Origin: Patescibacteria group bacterium
GTDB taxonomy: Bacteria > Patescibacteriota > Patescibacteriia > UBA9934
NCBI GenBank assembly: GCA_041666145.1
Contig: JBAYHK010000005.1
Span: 8,921 to 72,920, forward strand
DNA: 64,000 bases
Direction of reading: 5' to 3'
Below the pieces are notes generated by a model that saw nothing but the letters and a program-made list of their open reading frames with translations, searched no databases and was not told where the DNA came from. The translations under genes and the position numbers were made by a program. Shown here piece by piece: positions 40,245-48,546 of this stretch (position 1 is the stretch's first letter; every line of letters starts with the position of its first letter).

Positions 40245-41110
40245 TCTATTTTTTTTTCAACAATCCTGAGTTTTGCGCTCCGCGAACGAGGATTGAATCT
40301 TTGTTCTTCTAGAGACGCAACAATCGGCCTTTTCGTAACTGAATGAATGTCTTCACGCTCTTTACACCAAACTTTTATTAACCGATCCTCAAGTGAATGA
40401 AAGGTGATTATCGCGAATCGTCCTCCGGGACGCAATACATCCACAATACCGACAAGCCCCTTTTCTATCTCCCCAAGCTCATCATTCACGACAATGCGCA
40501 ATGCTTGAAAAACTCTTGTAGCTGGATGTATTTTTCCGGTTCGAGGGATGACGCTAGTAACAACAGCCGCAAGCTCACCAGTCGTAGTAATTCTAGAAAT
40601 TCGTCTAGCATCGAAAATAGCCTTAGCAACAATCGAAGCACGCACCTCCTCGCCATATCGTCGAAAAATCGTTGCAAGATCATCCCTGCTCCACGAATTC
40701 ACGATTTCTTCTGCGGATAAATCCTGACGAACGTCATAACGCATATCTAATGGCCCATCATTCATGAAAGAAAATCCGCGCGAAGCGTCATCAACGTGAA
40801 CGGAGGAAAAACCCAGATCAATAAACGCGGCATCAAATATTCCAACCGAATGAAGCGCAACATTCCCAAACGAATCGTGAATAAACCTCACTCGGGAATC
40901 AAATATGGCAAGGCTTTCCTTCGCGGTGATCAGATTACGATCATCACGATCGAATGCGACAAGCTCACCATCTGGCGATGTCGCAGAAAGGATCAAGGCT
41001 GCATGACCGCCAAGACCTACCGTTCCATCCATCACTCGACTACCCGAACGAAGCAATAAGCCTTCGAGTACCTCTTTTGCAAGAACTGGAATATGAGCGT
41101 TACCGGACAT
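40241..41110 (-). CDS. rsmH: 16S rRNA (cytosine1402-N4)-methyltransferase RsmH
   Basis: HIPVLAKEVLEGL...GTVGLGGHA signature, 289 aa. Confidence 0.9.
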   Translation of the reverse strand: MSGNAHIPVLAKEVLEGLLLRSGSRVMDGTVGLGGHAALILSATSPDGELVAFDRDDRNLITAKESLAIFDSRVRFIHDSFGNVALHSVGIFDAAFIDLGFSSVHVDDASRGFSFMNDGPLDMRYDVRQDLSAEEIVNSWSRDDLATIFRRYGEEVRASIVAKAIFDARRISRITTTGELAAVVTSVIPRTGKIHPATRVFQALRIVVNDELGEIEKGLVGIVDVLRPGGRFAIITFHSLEDRLIKVWCKEREDIHSVTKRPIVASLEEQRFNPRSRSAKLRIVEKKIE

Positions 41111-41114
41111 ATGG

Positions 41115-41546
41115 CTATATGTTCAATCCACCAAGCTCCTCTGCAATCCTTTCCGCATCTTTCTCTGTCTGTGCAACATACGTCGTCCAGCGTTCCATGT
41201 CCCAAAGTTCTAATCGCGTATTAACGCCAACAATAACGACATCTTTTTTTAGCCCTGCATACTGACGAAGATACCCAGGCACAATGCATCTTCCCTGTTT
41301 GTCCAATGCCACGTCCATTGCACCAGCAAGCATGAGTCTGGCGAATGCACGGGCATTGGACTGTCCCAAGGGCAAATTTGCGAGTGACACTGCAAGCTTG
41401 CCCCACTCCTCCATAGGAAGCAGGAATAATGAAGAGTCCAAACCTCGCGTTACCACCGCACCACACGCAAGTGCTTCTCGAAACTTCATAGGGACGGCAA
41501 GCCGTCCTTTGTCGTCGATAGTGTGATTGTATTGACCAAGGAACAT
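41115..41546 (-). CDS. mraZ: Transcriptional regulator MraZ
   Basis: MFLGQYNHTIDDKGRLAVP duplicated SpoVT/AbrB-like halves. Confidence 0.9.
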   Translation of the reverse strand: MFLGQYNHTIDDKGRLAVPMKFREALACGAVVTRGLDSSLFLLPMEEWGKLAVSLANLPLGQSNARAFARLMLAGAMDVALDKQGRCIVPGYLRQYAGLKKDVVIVGVNTRLELWDMERWTTYVAQTEKDAERIAEELGGLNI

Positions 41547-41675
41547 GGCCGGTGGTTTTTTAAGCCGTCACGAGACGGAGGGGAATTCTCCAAAAATTCT
41601 TCGTTTGCAAAAACGTCTACGCACAATCCCCACTTTGTGCCTTCTTGCTCCACTTTACTCCTCCCATGGCCAGTA

Positions 41676-41713
41676 AACAAAAAAAATAGGCAAATATTGT
41701 GGATAAAGCCTAT
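41676..41713 (-). terminator. Weak intrinsic terminator after uvrC
   Basis: ataggc...gcctat stem (6 bp, large loop) followed on the minus strand by tttttttt. Confidence 0.35.
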
Positions 41714-41729
41714 CTTTGTTCTATTTCTT

Positions 41730-43046
41730 TTAAATACCAGAATTCCGAGATCGAAGAACTCTGTGATACACACCAGCAAATCGATGAGCCTCATCTCTAG
41801 CAAGTTGAAATAATGCACGATGCGATTTAACGACTCTGCAAAGCTCTGCATCGTCTAAATCATAAATGAATCGATCCTGCTTTCGATCAAATCCCTTAGC
41901 AATCCCGACTACCGGAATCTCGACGCCGAACTCTTTCAAAACCTCTGTCACTCTATTTGTCTGTCCCTCCCCTCCATCAATAACAAACACGTCCGGCAAA
42001 GACCACACATTGGGTGATGTTCGAAAACGATTCAATCGCCGACGCATCACCTCTTCCATAGCTGCAACATCATTAACACCTTCAAAACTTTTTATCCGAA
42101 ACTTTCTATACGCCGACTTATTCGGCTTGCCGTTTTCAAAAACAACCATTGACGCAACAGTTGAGGTTCCGCCTATATGTGCAATGTCATATGCTTCAAT
42201 TCGACCAAACAGGTTTAGTCTTCCGCCTTCAATAACAATGTTTTTACCAACAATATCCCAGTCATCTTCTCGCATAATCAATGCCACATCGTTCACATGT
42301 TCTAACGCGTCAATCTTGTTGCGTAAATCTGCAGCAGTCTCAAAATCCTTCATGATTGCCGCATGCCGCATATCACGACCCATCTGTCTTATGACGGATG
42401 TTTTCTTTCCTTCAAAAAATTTTATGAGTTGACCGATAATTCTTCGATATTCTTTTTTTGAAATCTCTCCAGTACAAACACCAGGACATCGGCCTATCTG
42501 CGCATCAAAACATTGACGACCTCCATTCTTGTACTCACACAAACTCCAAGGAATCGATCGACGAATAAGATCCAACGCAATCCGTAATGATCGACTACTA
42601 ATATAAGGACCAAAAACCGCAAGAAACTTTTTTTTCGCAACCGAAGAAAGTGTTTTTGTAAACGGCCGGATTCCCATGCGCTCAAGATCTAAACCGCGCA
42701 AAAAGATTGGCTTGGGATAGTCCTCATTTGTAATACACAAATATAAAAAACTTTTATCATCTCGAGAAAGGACATTGTACGGTGGCTGAAATGCACGAAT
42801 CTGATTTGACTCCAAAACAAGCGCTTCAATAACCGTCGCAGTTTGGATGTAATCAATACGTGCAATATTTAAAACAAGATCTGAAATTCGTGCGTTGTGA
42901 GCCTTAACAAAATACGATCCTACACGTTTTTTTAGACTTGTAGCCTTTCCAATATATAAAAGTTTTCCATGTAAATCGTAATAAAAATACACACCAGGCG
43001 CATCTGGGAGCTCTTGATTGAGAATGTGAATCGACGAAGGAATCAT
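41730..43046 (-). CDS. uvrC: Excinuclease ABC subunit C, short form lacking the C-terminal (HhH)2 domain
   Basis: GIY-YIG N-terminus (GVYFYYDLHGKLLYIGKATSLKKR), UVR motif (DFETAADLRNKIDALEHV), RNase H-like UvrC domain. 438 aa rather than ~600. Confidence 0.75.
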   Translation of the reverse strand: MIPSSIHILNQELPDAPGVYFYYDLHGKLLYIGKATSLKKRVGSYFVKAHNARISDLVLNIARIDYIQTATVIEALVLESNQIRAFQPPYNVLSRDDKSFLYLCITNEDYPKPIFLRGLDLERMGIRPFTKTLSSVAKKKFLAVFGPYISSRSLRIALDLIRRSIPWSLCEYKNGGRQCFDAQIGRCPGVCTGEISKKEYRRIIGQLIKFFEGKKTSVIRQMGRDMRHAAIMKDFETAADLRNKIDALEHVNDVALIMREDDWDIVGKNIVIEGGRLNLFGRIEAYDIAHIGGTSTVASMVVFENGKPNKSAYRKFRIKSFEGVNDVAAMEEVMRRRLNRFRTSPNVWSLPDVFVIDGGEGQTNRVTEVLKEFGVEIPVVGIAKGFDRKQDRFIYDLDDAELCRVVKSHRALFQLARDEAHRFAGVYHRVLRSRNSGI

Positions 43047-43078
43047 GCCAATACCTTACCCGAACATCCAAAACACTG

Positions 43079-44212
43079 CTACCCAAAAATCGTCATAATC
43101 ATAATCGCAAAAAAGGCACAAAATGTAATACCAACAAAAATCTGAGGGATTCGGAGACTGTTCCGTGGCAGCTCCGAACTCATCCGCGCACGCTCATACG
43201 CAACAAGAAGAGCTATTGCAGTAATCGAGCCCAGAATGCCTCCTGTTACAGAAAGAATAGACAAGAGAGAGTTGACTCCAAGAAAGAGAAAAACGAGCGG
43301 AACCGTCATAGTTAAAGACCATGCCGGAATAAATCGCAAACGAAAATCAAACAAAAACGTATTCGTTAATGAAGATGCAATATTCATGAAAGCAGAAAAT
43401 ACCACAATAAGTGCGATGACTGAGGCTAGAATGTACACGCCGCTACCAAGAACATTGTTCAAACCAAGAATTGCATTCTCCGAAGTTGCATCTCCAGTAA
43501 CACCGACTATAGAGAATACAAAAATTCCATAAATACCCAACACAACAGCCAAGGAACGACGGATGACTTGAGGCAGTAAAAATGCCGACCTTCCGAGCAA
43601 ATCACGAGCCTCTGGAATCGCAGAAATTCCATGAAATGCGAAAACCATCACTCCGAAAGCTACGCCAAGATGTTCAGGCGCAAAACCAAAAAAATTCGGC
43701 CAATGAATACTCGGAATTGCGGAAATAGCCAAGACGACAATAAGACAGAAAAAAATGGGAAGTAAAATGCGCTGAATCCGTGAGACAAAAAAAGTTCCTC
43801 CGACTGTACTCAATGCTGCGATAACAAAAAATGCTAAAGTCGCCGTAAGGGGCGTCAAGGGAAGAAATGAGAACGTTACTATTCTTAAAAACTGCCCACC
43901 GAAAATACAATACGCAAGTAATGCTCCATAAATACTCGCAATGTATGCGGTGGCAGCGATAAACGTTCCAAAATGTCCCAACTCACGACCGACAACCTGA
44001 ATAAATCTCGCTTTACCGCCACGAACAAGCACAAGATCTGCGTACAACGTAAGAAGAATCGTGCTCAAAAGAGCCACAACGAATAAAAGCGCAGCCCCAA
44101 GACTAAAACCGACCTGAGCAACGACAAAAGGCAATGACAGCATTCCAACACCAACTGTCGTGCCAATAATTACACGAGAAGCACGAGCTTTTACAACGGA
44201 AACTGAAGGCAT
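43079..44212 (-). CDS. HAAAP-family amino-acid permease-like membrane protein (Mtr/TnaB/TyrP-like)
   Basis: RVIIGTTVGVGMLSLPFVVAQVGF N-terminal motif. ~11 TM helices. Start placed at MPSVSV. Confidence 0.55.
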   Translation of the reverse strand: MPSVSVVKARASRVIIGTTVGVGMLSLPFVVAQVGFSLGAALLFVVALLSTILLTLYADLVLVRGGKARFIQVVGRELGHFGTFIAATAYIASIYGALLAYCIFGGQFLRIVTFSFLPLTPLTATLAFFVIAALSTVGGTFFVSRIQRILLPIFFCLIVVLAISAIPSIHWPNFFGFAPEHLGVAFGVMVFAFHGISAIPEARDLLGRSAFLLPQVIRRSLAVVLGIYGIFVFSIVGVTGDATSENAILGLNNVLGSGVYILASVIALIVVFSAFMNIASSLTNTFLFDFRLRFIPAWSLTMTVPLVFLFLGVNSLLSILSVTGGILGSITAIALLVAYERARMSSELPRNSLRIPQIFVGITFCAFFAIMIMTIFG

Positions 44213-44294
44213 AATTACGTATATTGTAGCATGGCATGTTGAAAATCTTGTTATCCCCCTCCCGCCCACACTCTCTCCACTTCCACCAAAAAGC

Positions 44295-45797
44295 ATGGAC
44301 GTTTACTATGACCACACTATGGTTGATGGCGGCAGAATTCCTCCTCATAACCTTGAAGCCGAGCGCTCATTGCTTGGTGCACTTTTGCTTGATCAAGATG
44401 TTCTTCTCAAAATCGGCGACACGCTGAGAAGCGAAGATTTTTACAAAGATTCTCATCGGCTCATGTATGAAACGATGCTTGAACTCGTAGATCGCCACGA
44501 GCCAATCGATGTACTCACACTCGGGAATCGACTTGAAGAAAAAGGTGTTCTCAAACAAATCGGCGGCCGCACAGCGCTCGTTGAGCTCACCAATGCAATC
44601 ACCACGGCAGCGCATGTTGCGCACCATGCAGAAATCATCGCAAAAAAAGCAGCGCTCCGTCGTCTTCTCCATGCAGCAAGCGACATCACGGATCTTGGAT
44701 TTGATGAATCACAAGATGTTGACGTCCTTCTGGACGAAGCCGAACGCCGTCTCTTTAATGTTTCACAAAACTTCATTAAACAATCGTTCGTCCCTCTTCA
44801 TAGCGTTCTCACGCAGGCGTTCGATCGTATCGACGAGCTTCATCGCGAACGAGGCAAGCTTCGTGGCGTACCAACAGGATTCGTCGGAATCGATAATCTT
44901 CTCGCTGGATTGCAAAATTCTGATCTTATTATTTTAGGTGCACGTCCTTCTGTTGGAAAAACCTCCTTCGCTCTAGACATCATGAGAAGCGTCGCACTAA
45001 AAACGAATAAACCCGTTGGATTTTTTAGCTTAGAAATGGCCAAGGAGCAACTCGTTGATCGTCTCATCTCTTCTGAAGCAAATGTTGACTTATGGAAGCT
45101 TCGCACCGGGCGACTTTCAGAAAGTGCCGATGACTTTCCACGTATTGGCGACGCGCTTGGCAGACTCGCAGAAGCACCAATTTTTATTGACGATTCTCCA
45201 ATAGCAACCGTAATGAGCATCCGCACAAAAGCTCGAAGACTCCAAAGCGAACATGGACTTTCCATGATAGTCATTGACTACCTACAGCTCATGGAAGCTA
45301 GAAAGAAAACGGACAATCGCGTGCAAGAAGTCGCAGAGATTAGCAGAGGGCTAAAGCAAATCGCTCGCGAACTCTGCGTTCCAGTCCTTGCTCTTGCACA
45401 GCTCTCTCGTGCCGTCGAAATGACAAAACCGGCAATTCCAAAACTTGCACATCTCCGCGATTCTGGAAGTATTGAACAAGATGCTGACGTTGTGATGTTC
45501 TTATATCGCAAAGCTGCAGATAAGAACTACCAACTCGAAGAACTCACGCCAGAAGAAAAAACGCGCGCCGAAGTCCACATAGCAAAACACCGCAATGGAC
45601 CGACTGGCATGGTTCCGCTTTTCTGGGATGCAACACATGCTTCATTCAAAAATCTTGATAATCGAACTGGAGGGACACCTGTTAATACCACAGCGCCGAA
45701 CATACAGCCATCAAACAATTCAAGAACAGAAAATGTCGGGCTCCCGCCAGGAATTCCACCGAAAAATGCAGGGCTTCCGCCAAAGCGCTCAGCTTGA
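44295..45797 (+). CDS. dnaB: Replicative DNA helicase DnaB (with low-complexity Pro-rich C-terminal tail)
   Basis: HNLEAERSLLGALLLD N-terminal domain, GARPSVGKTSFALD Walker A, VIDYLQLM. The ~45-aa C-terminal extension is rich in P/N/G. Confidence 0.9.
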   Translation: MDVYYDHTMVDGGRIPPHNLEAERSLLGALLLDQDVLLKIGDTLRSEDFYKDSHRLMYETMLELVDRHEPIDVLTLGNRLEEKGVLKQIGGRTALVELTNAITTAAHVAHHAEIIAKKAALRRLLHAASDITDLGFDESQDVDVLLDEAERRLFNVSQNFIKQSFVPLHSVLTQAFDRIDELHRERGKLRGVPTGFVGIDNLLAGLQNSDLIILGARPSVGKTSFALDIMRSVALKTNKPVGFFSLEMAKEQLVDRLISSEANVDLWKLRTGRLSESADDFPRIGDALGRLAEAPIFIDDSPIATVMSIRTKARRLQSEHGLSMIVIDYLQLMEARKKTDNRVQEVAEISRGLKQIARELCVPVLALAQLSRAVEMTKPAIPKLAHLRDSGSIEQDADVVMFLYRKAADKNYQLEELTPEEKTRAEVHIAKHRNGPTGMVPLFWDATHASFKNLDNRTGGTPVNTTAPNIQPSNNSRTENVGLPPGIPPKNAGLPPKRSA

Positions 45798-45839
45798 TAC
45801 GATGCACATTATTCCAATCTTTATCTTTCAAATCTTTTT

Positions 45840-46133
45840 ATGTTCAATAAGCTTAAACAGATCAATGACCTCCGCACACAAAGCAAGCAAATGAAAGCAA
45901 TGCTTGATGAAGTCGTCGTTGTAGGGCAAAGCTCGGGCGGCAAAGTTATGGTCACCGTGAACGGAAGTCATGAAACGCTCGGAGTGCAAGTCGCCGACGA
46001 TCTTGATCACACAAAAATCGCAGAACACATCAAAGCAGCGCTCAATGATGTAAATAGCAAACTTCAAGGAGAGCTTATGAAAAAAATGAAGGAGATGGGC
46101 GGACTAGATGCGTTCAAAAATCTTGGACTGTAA
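45840..46133 (+). CDS. ybaB: Nucleoid-associated protein YbaB/EbfC
   Basis: 97 aa. Conserved KQMKAM...VVVGQSSGGKVMVTVNG...HETLGVQV core. Followed by recR. Confidence 0.9.
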   Translation: MFNKLKQINDLRTQSKQMKAMLDEVVVVGQSSGGKVMVTVNGSHETLGVQVADDLDHTKIAEHIKAALNDVNSKLQGELMKKMKEMGGLDAFKNLGL

Positions 46134-46164
46134 AAACTTCTTTTTACTTTTCCAAAAATAATGT

Positions 46165-46764
46165 ATGCGGAAGTTTCCTGTCGCAATCCATCATGCGGTT
46201 TCCGCGCTCGGTCGACTTCCAGGAGTTGGGCCAAAAACTGCACTTCGCTATGCATTTGCACTATTACGATTCTCAAAAAATGATCTTCTTCTCTTAAGCC
46301 GATCCATCGTAGACCTCACAACGATCACAACATGTAAAACATGTTTTACTTATGCAGAAAGCGATACGTGCGACATCTGCGCCGACTCGTCTCGCGACGT
46401 ATCAAAACTTTGCATTGTCGCCGAAGCGCGTGACATTGCCACATTGGAAGCCACGAGCGCATACAAAGGAAAATATTTTGTCCTTGGCGGCGTTTTGAAT
46501 CCAATCGACGGAATGACTCCAGAAACCCTAAACATCCACGAACTCGTTGATCGATTAAAAAATAATCCATCAATTCATGAATGCATTTTAGCCTTTTCGC
46601 CAGACGTCCACGGTGAAACAACAATTCTCTATCTTGCCAGACTTCTCGAACCTTTCAAGGTTTCAACAACTCGACTGGCTCGCGGACTTCCAATGGGAGC
46701 AGACATTGAATATGCAGATGAAGTCACATTAGCAAGTGCAATTTCTGGACGTTCAAAAGCGTAA
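46165..46764 (+). CDS. recR: Recombination protein RecR
   Basis: HhH N-terminus (LPGVGPKTALRYAF), C4 zinc finger (CKTCFTYAESDTCDIC), Toprim domain. Confidence 0.9.
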   Translation: MRKFPVAIHHAVSALGRLPGVGPKTALRYAFALLRFSKNDLLLLSRSIVDLTTITTCKTCFTYAESDTCDICADSSRDVSKLCIVAEARDIATLEATSAYKGKYFVLGGVLNPIDGMTPETLNIHELVDRLKNNPSIHECILAFSPDVHGETTILYLARLLEPFKVSTTRLARGLPMGADIEYADEVTLASAISGRSKA

Positions 46765-46784
46765 AGATCGCTCAACATCCTTGT

Positions 46785-47417
46785 CTATTCATCAATGACC
46801 CCTTCTTCAGATTCAATGTTTATTTTTCGTTTTCGATTTTCAAGAACCTGTACAACACAATAAAAAACAATAATCACAAGCATCCCAAGTCCTACCCAAC
46901 GAATCCCACGATGAATCGACGACCAGAATTGTCCAAAAAAGAATCCGACTGCAAGATACGAAATAGACCACAGAATACCACTCACAATATTCATAATCAT
47001 GAATGATCGCCAGCGCATTTTCAGGACTCCGGCAATAAATGGAACGAAAGGACGCAGCGGGCCAAAGAATCTACCGAAAAATACCCCAACAACACCATAA
47101 TCATCCATGAACTTTTCTGCACGATCGATAGCCCTCTGAGAAAAAAGTACAGGAAATCGTTTTGCAGGATTCACTCCTAGGCGTCCAAGAACAAAACTGA
47201 AGATATCTCCCAAAATCGCTCCAATAGCAGCAACGAATGCAGCCGTCTGCATATTAAACAGATGCTGAGAAATCAAAAATCCAAAAATAACTACAAATGT
47301 TGCGCCTGGAATAAGAAGTCCAAAAACAGCAATAGATTCACCAAAAGCAACTGCAAAAAGAAAGGCATATGCCCATCCGCCAAGCTGAGAAAGAAGCGAG
47401 AACCAATGTTCAAACAT
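46785..47417 (-). CDS. DedA/TVP38-family membrane protein
   Basis: GGWAYAFLFAVAFGESIAVFGLLIPG motif, 210 aa, 4-6 TM. Confidence 0.75.
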   Translation of the reverse strand: MFEHWFSLLSQLGGWAYAFLFAVAFGESIAVFGLLIPGATFVVIFGFLISQHLFNMQTAAFVAAIGAILGDIFSFVLGRLGVNPAKRFPVLFSQRAIDRAEKFMDDYGVVGVFFGRFFGPLRPFVPFIAGVLKMRWRSFMIMNIVSGILWSISYLAVGFFFGQFWSSIHRGIRWVGLGMLVIIVFYCVVQVLENRKRKINIESEEGVIDE

Positions 47418-47514
47418 ATTGAATGGACTGAGGATAGCGCCGCCATCTCCTTCTTGCCAGAGCCGTCCCGCACATGATACGATTTTCGCGCATTATTCAA
47501 TGCCTTTACACCAT

Positions 47515-47591
47515 GCCGGTGTAGCTCAGATGGTTAGAGCGGCGGTTTTGTAAACCGCAGGTCGTCGGTTCGATTCCGACCCCCGGCTCCA
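47515..47591 (+). tRNA. tRNA-Thr (anticodon UGU), CCA encoded
   Basis: Hand-folded cloverleaf. Acceptor gccggtg/ccccggc (one mismatch), D-arm tagctcagatggttagagc, anticodon stem gcggt/accgc with loop ttTGTaa, T-arm ggttcgattcc, 3' tCCA. Confidence 0.85.
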
Positions 47592-47647
47592 CTTTTCACT
47601 ACTTTTGAACTTCAAGAAACTGGTCAGGAGATAAAAATGTAACGAGT

Positions 47648-47774
47648 GTAAGACGGAACGATTTGAGACTATTTTCGGTGCGGAGCTAGGAAAGCTCGCG
47701 AAACGTACTTCTTGGTACGTTGAGCGAGTTTCCGACGCGACAAACCGAAAAGAGGCCAAATCGTTCCGTCTTAC
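47648..47774 (+). repeat. Structured 127-nt module closed by a 17-bp perfect inverted repeat, abutting the 5' end of tRNA-Tyr
   Basis: gtaagacggaacgattt (47648-47664) pairs with aaatcgttccgtcttac (47758-47774). Inner 8-bp IR ttttcggt/accgaaaa and hairpins gagct-aggaa-agctc and acgtac-ttcttg-gtacgt. Confidence 0.5.
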
Positions 47775-47776
47775 CA

Positions 47777-47861
47777 GGGTTGGTACTCAAGCGGTCAACG
47801 AGGGCAGACTGTAAATCTGCTGGGCTTCCCTACGAAGGTTCGAATCCTTCCCAACCCACCA
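47777..47861 (+). tRNA. tRNA-Tyr (anticodon GUA), long variable arm, CCA encoded
   Basis: Acceptor gggttgg/ccaaccc perfect, anticodon stem gcaga/tctgc with loop ctGTAaa, long variable arm tgggcttccctacga, T-arm gaaggttcgaatccttc, discriminator a then CCA. Confidence 0.85.
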
Positions 47862-47863
47862 CA

Positions 47864-47987
47864 TAAAATCCAATAAAATTGTCCGTAGTGTTGTCACCTC
47901 CTGCGTGCGGCCCTCTCCGTACGGCAAAGTACGAATTCGGGCCGTACTCGTCGGCTCCTAGCTACAAACAATTTTATTGGATTTTAT
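47864..47987. repeat. Structured 124-nt module closed by a 20-bp perfect AT-rich inverted repeat, abutting the 3' end of tRNA-Tyr (MITE-like)
   Basis: ataaaatccaataaaattgt (47864-47883) pairs with acaattttattggattttat (47968-47987). Interior has gtacggc...gccgtac hairpin and GAATTC palindrome. Confidence 0.5.
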
Positions 47988-48423
47988 TCACTCGTTCTCG
48001 TTTTGCTAAAAACCGATACAAGACAAGTGCAAAATGAATTAAGCTTGGTCAGATTCTCAGAGCGAGTAGTTCATAAGTCCTATTGGTCTTATAGGACCTA
48101 TGAGCGAGCGACGACGAAGCTGGTCAAACTTGGATACCTTTTGCCCAGTGCAACATTTGCTAAGTTTGTTTACTGCTAGGAGCCACGAGGACCGAAGCGA
48201 GACGTACTTCACAGTACATTGAGCGAGGACCACAGTGGCGACACGACAAGAAACAAGTCAAGTGCAGAAATAATTAAGTTTGTTTAAATGCAAGGCGGAG
48301 CGAGGACGGTTACGACGTCTCCGGCTAAGCCGGATCCGGCTTCGCCGGAAAGACGTACTTCACGGTACGTCGTCGATCGCCCGCAGCGACAACGCCGCAG
48401 TTAAACAAACTTGGATTATTTCT
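47988..48423. repeat. Non-coding region with a degenerate ~200-bp tandem duplication and recurring hairpin modules, ending at tRNA-Thr(GGU)
   Basis: Direct repeats acaagacaagtgcaaaatgaattaagcttgg (48018-48048) and acaagaaacaagtcaagtgcagaaataattaagtttg (48244-48281). Recurring tgagcgag and gacgtacttcacNgtac hairpins. 12-bp IR taagtttgtttaa (48275-48287) / ttaaacaaactt (48401-48412). Confidence 0.45.
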
Positions 48424-48499
48424 GCCGCGGTAGCTCAGCTGGTAGAGCGCATCCATGGTAAGGATGAGGTCTCGGGTTCGATTCCCGACCGTGGCTCCA
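48424..48499 (+). tRNA. tRNA-Thr (anticodon GGU), CCA encoded
   Basis: Acceptor gccgcgg/ccgtggc (one G-U), D-arm tagctcagctggtagagc, anticodon stem catcc/ggatg with loop atGGTaa, T-arm tcgggttcgattcccga, tCCA. Confidence 0.85.
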
Positions 48500-48546
48500 A
48501 AAATCCCTCGCATTGTGCGAGGGATTTTTGATTGCATACACCGATA

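Noticed and set aside
41523-41813. 96-aa plus-strand ORF spanning the mraZ-uvrC intergenic region
   Set aside because: It covers the uvrC terminator hairpin and mraZ promoter. It has no RBS or motif and overlaps the uvrC 3' end antisense.
44160-44296. Strand switch at the dnaB / transporter divergence as replication origin
   Set aside because: There is no dnaA, no DnaA-box cluster and no AT-rich unwinding element. Downstream gene orientation reverts to minus within 3 kb. It is simply a divergent promoter region.
47526-47759. 77-aa minus-strand ORF, plus ORFs 48280..48531 (+) and 48325..48537 (-)
   Set aside because: All overlap confidently folded tRNA genes and the structured non-coding modules. 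They are products of stop-codon-poor GC-rich hairpin sequence.
47988-48423. Confident call of RNase P RNA (rnpB) or tmRNA
   Set aside because: Short RNase P-like words are present, but the universal P4 strands (aggaaagtccgggctc / acagaaNccggcttA) are not found intact. No tmRNA hallmarks (5' GGGG, tag ORF ending ALAA-stop, extra T-arm) beyond the bona fide tRNA-Thr. It is left as an uncharacterised structured region.
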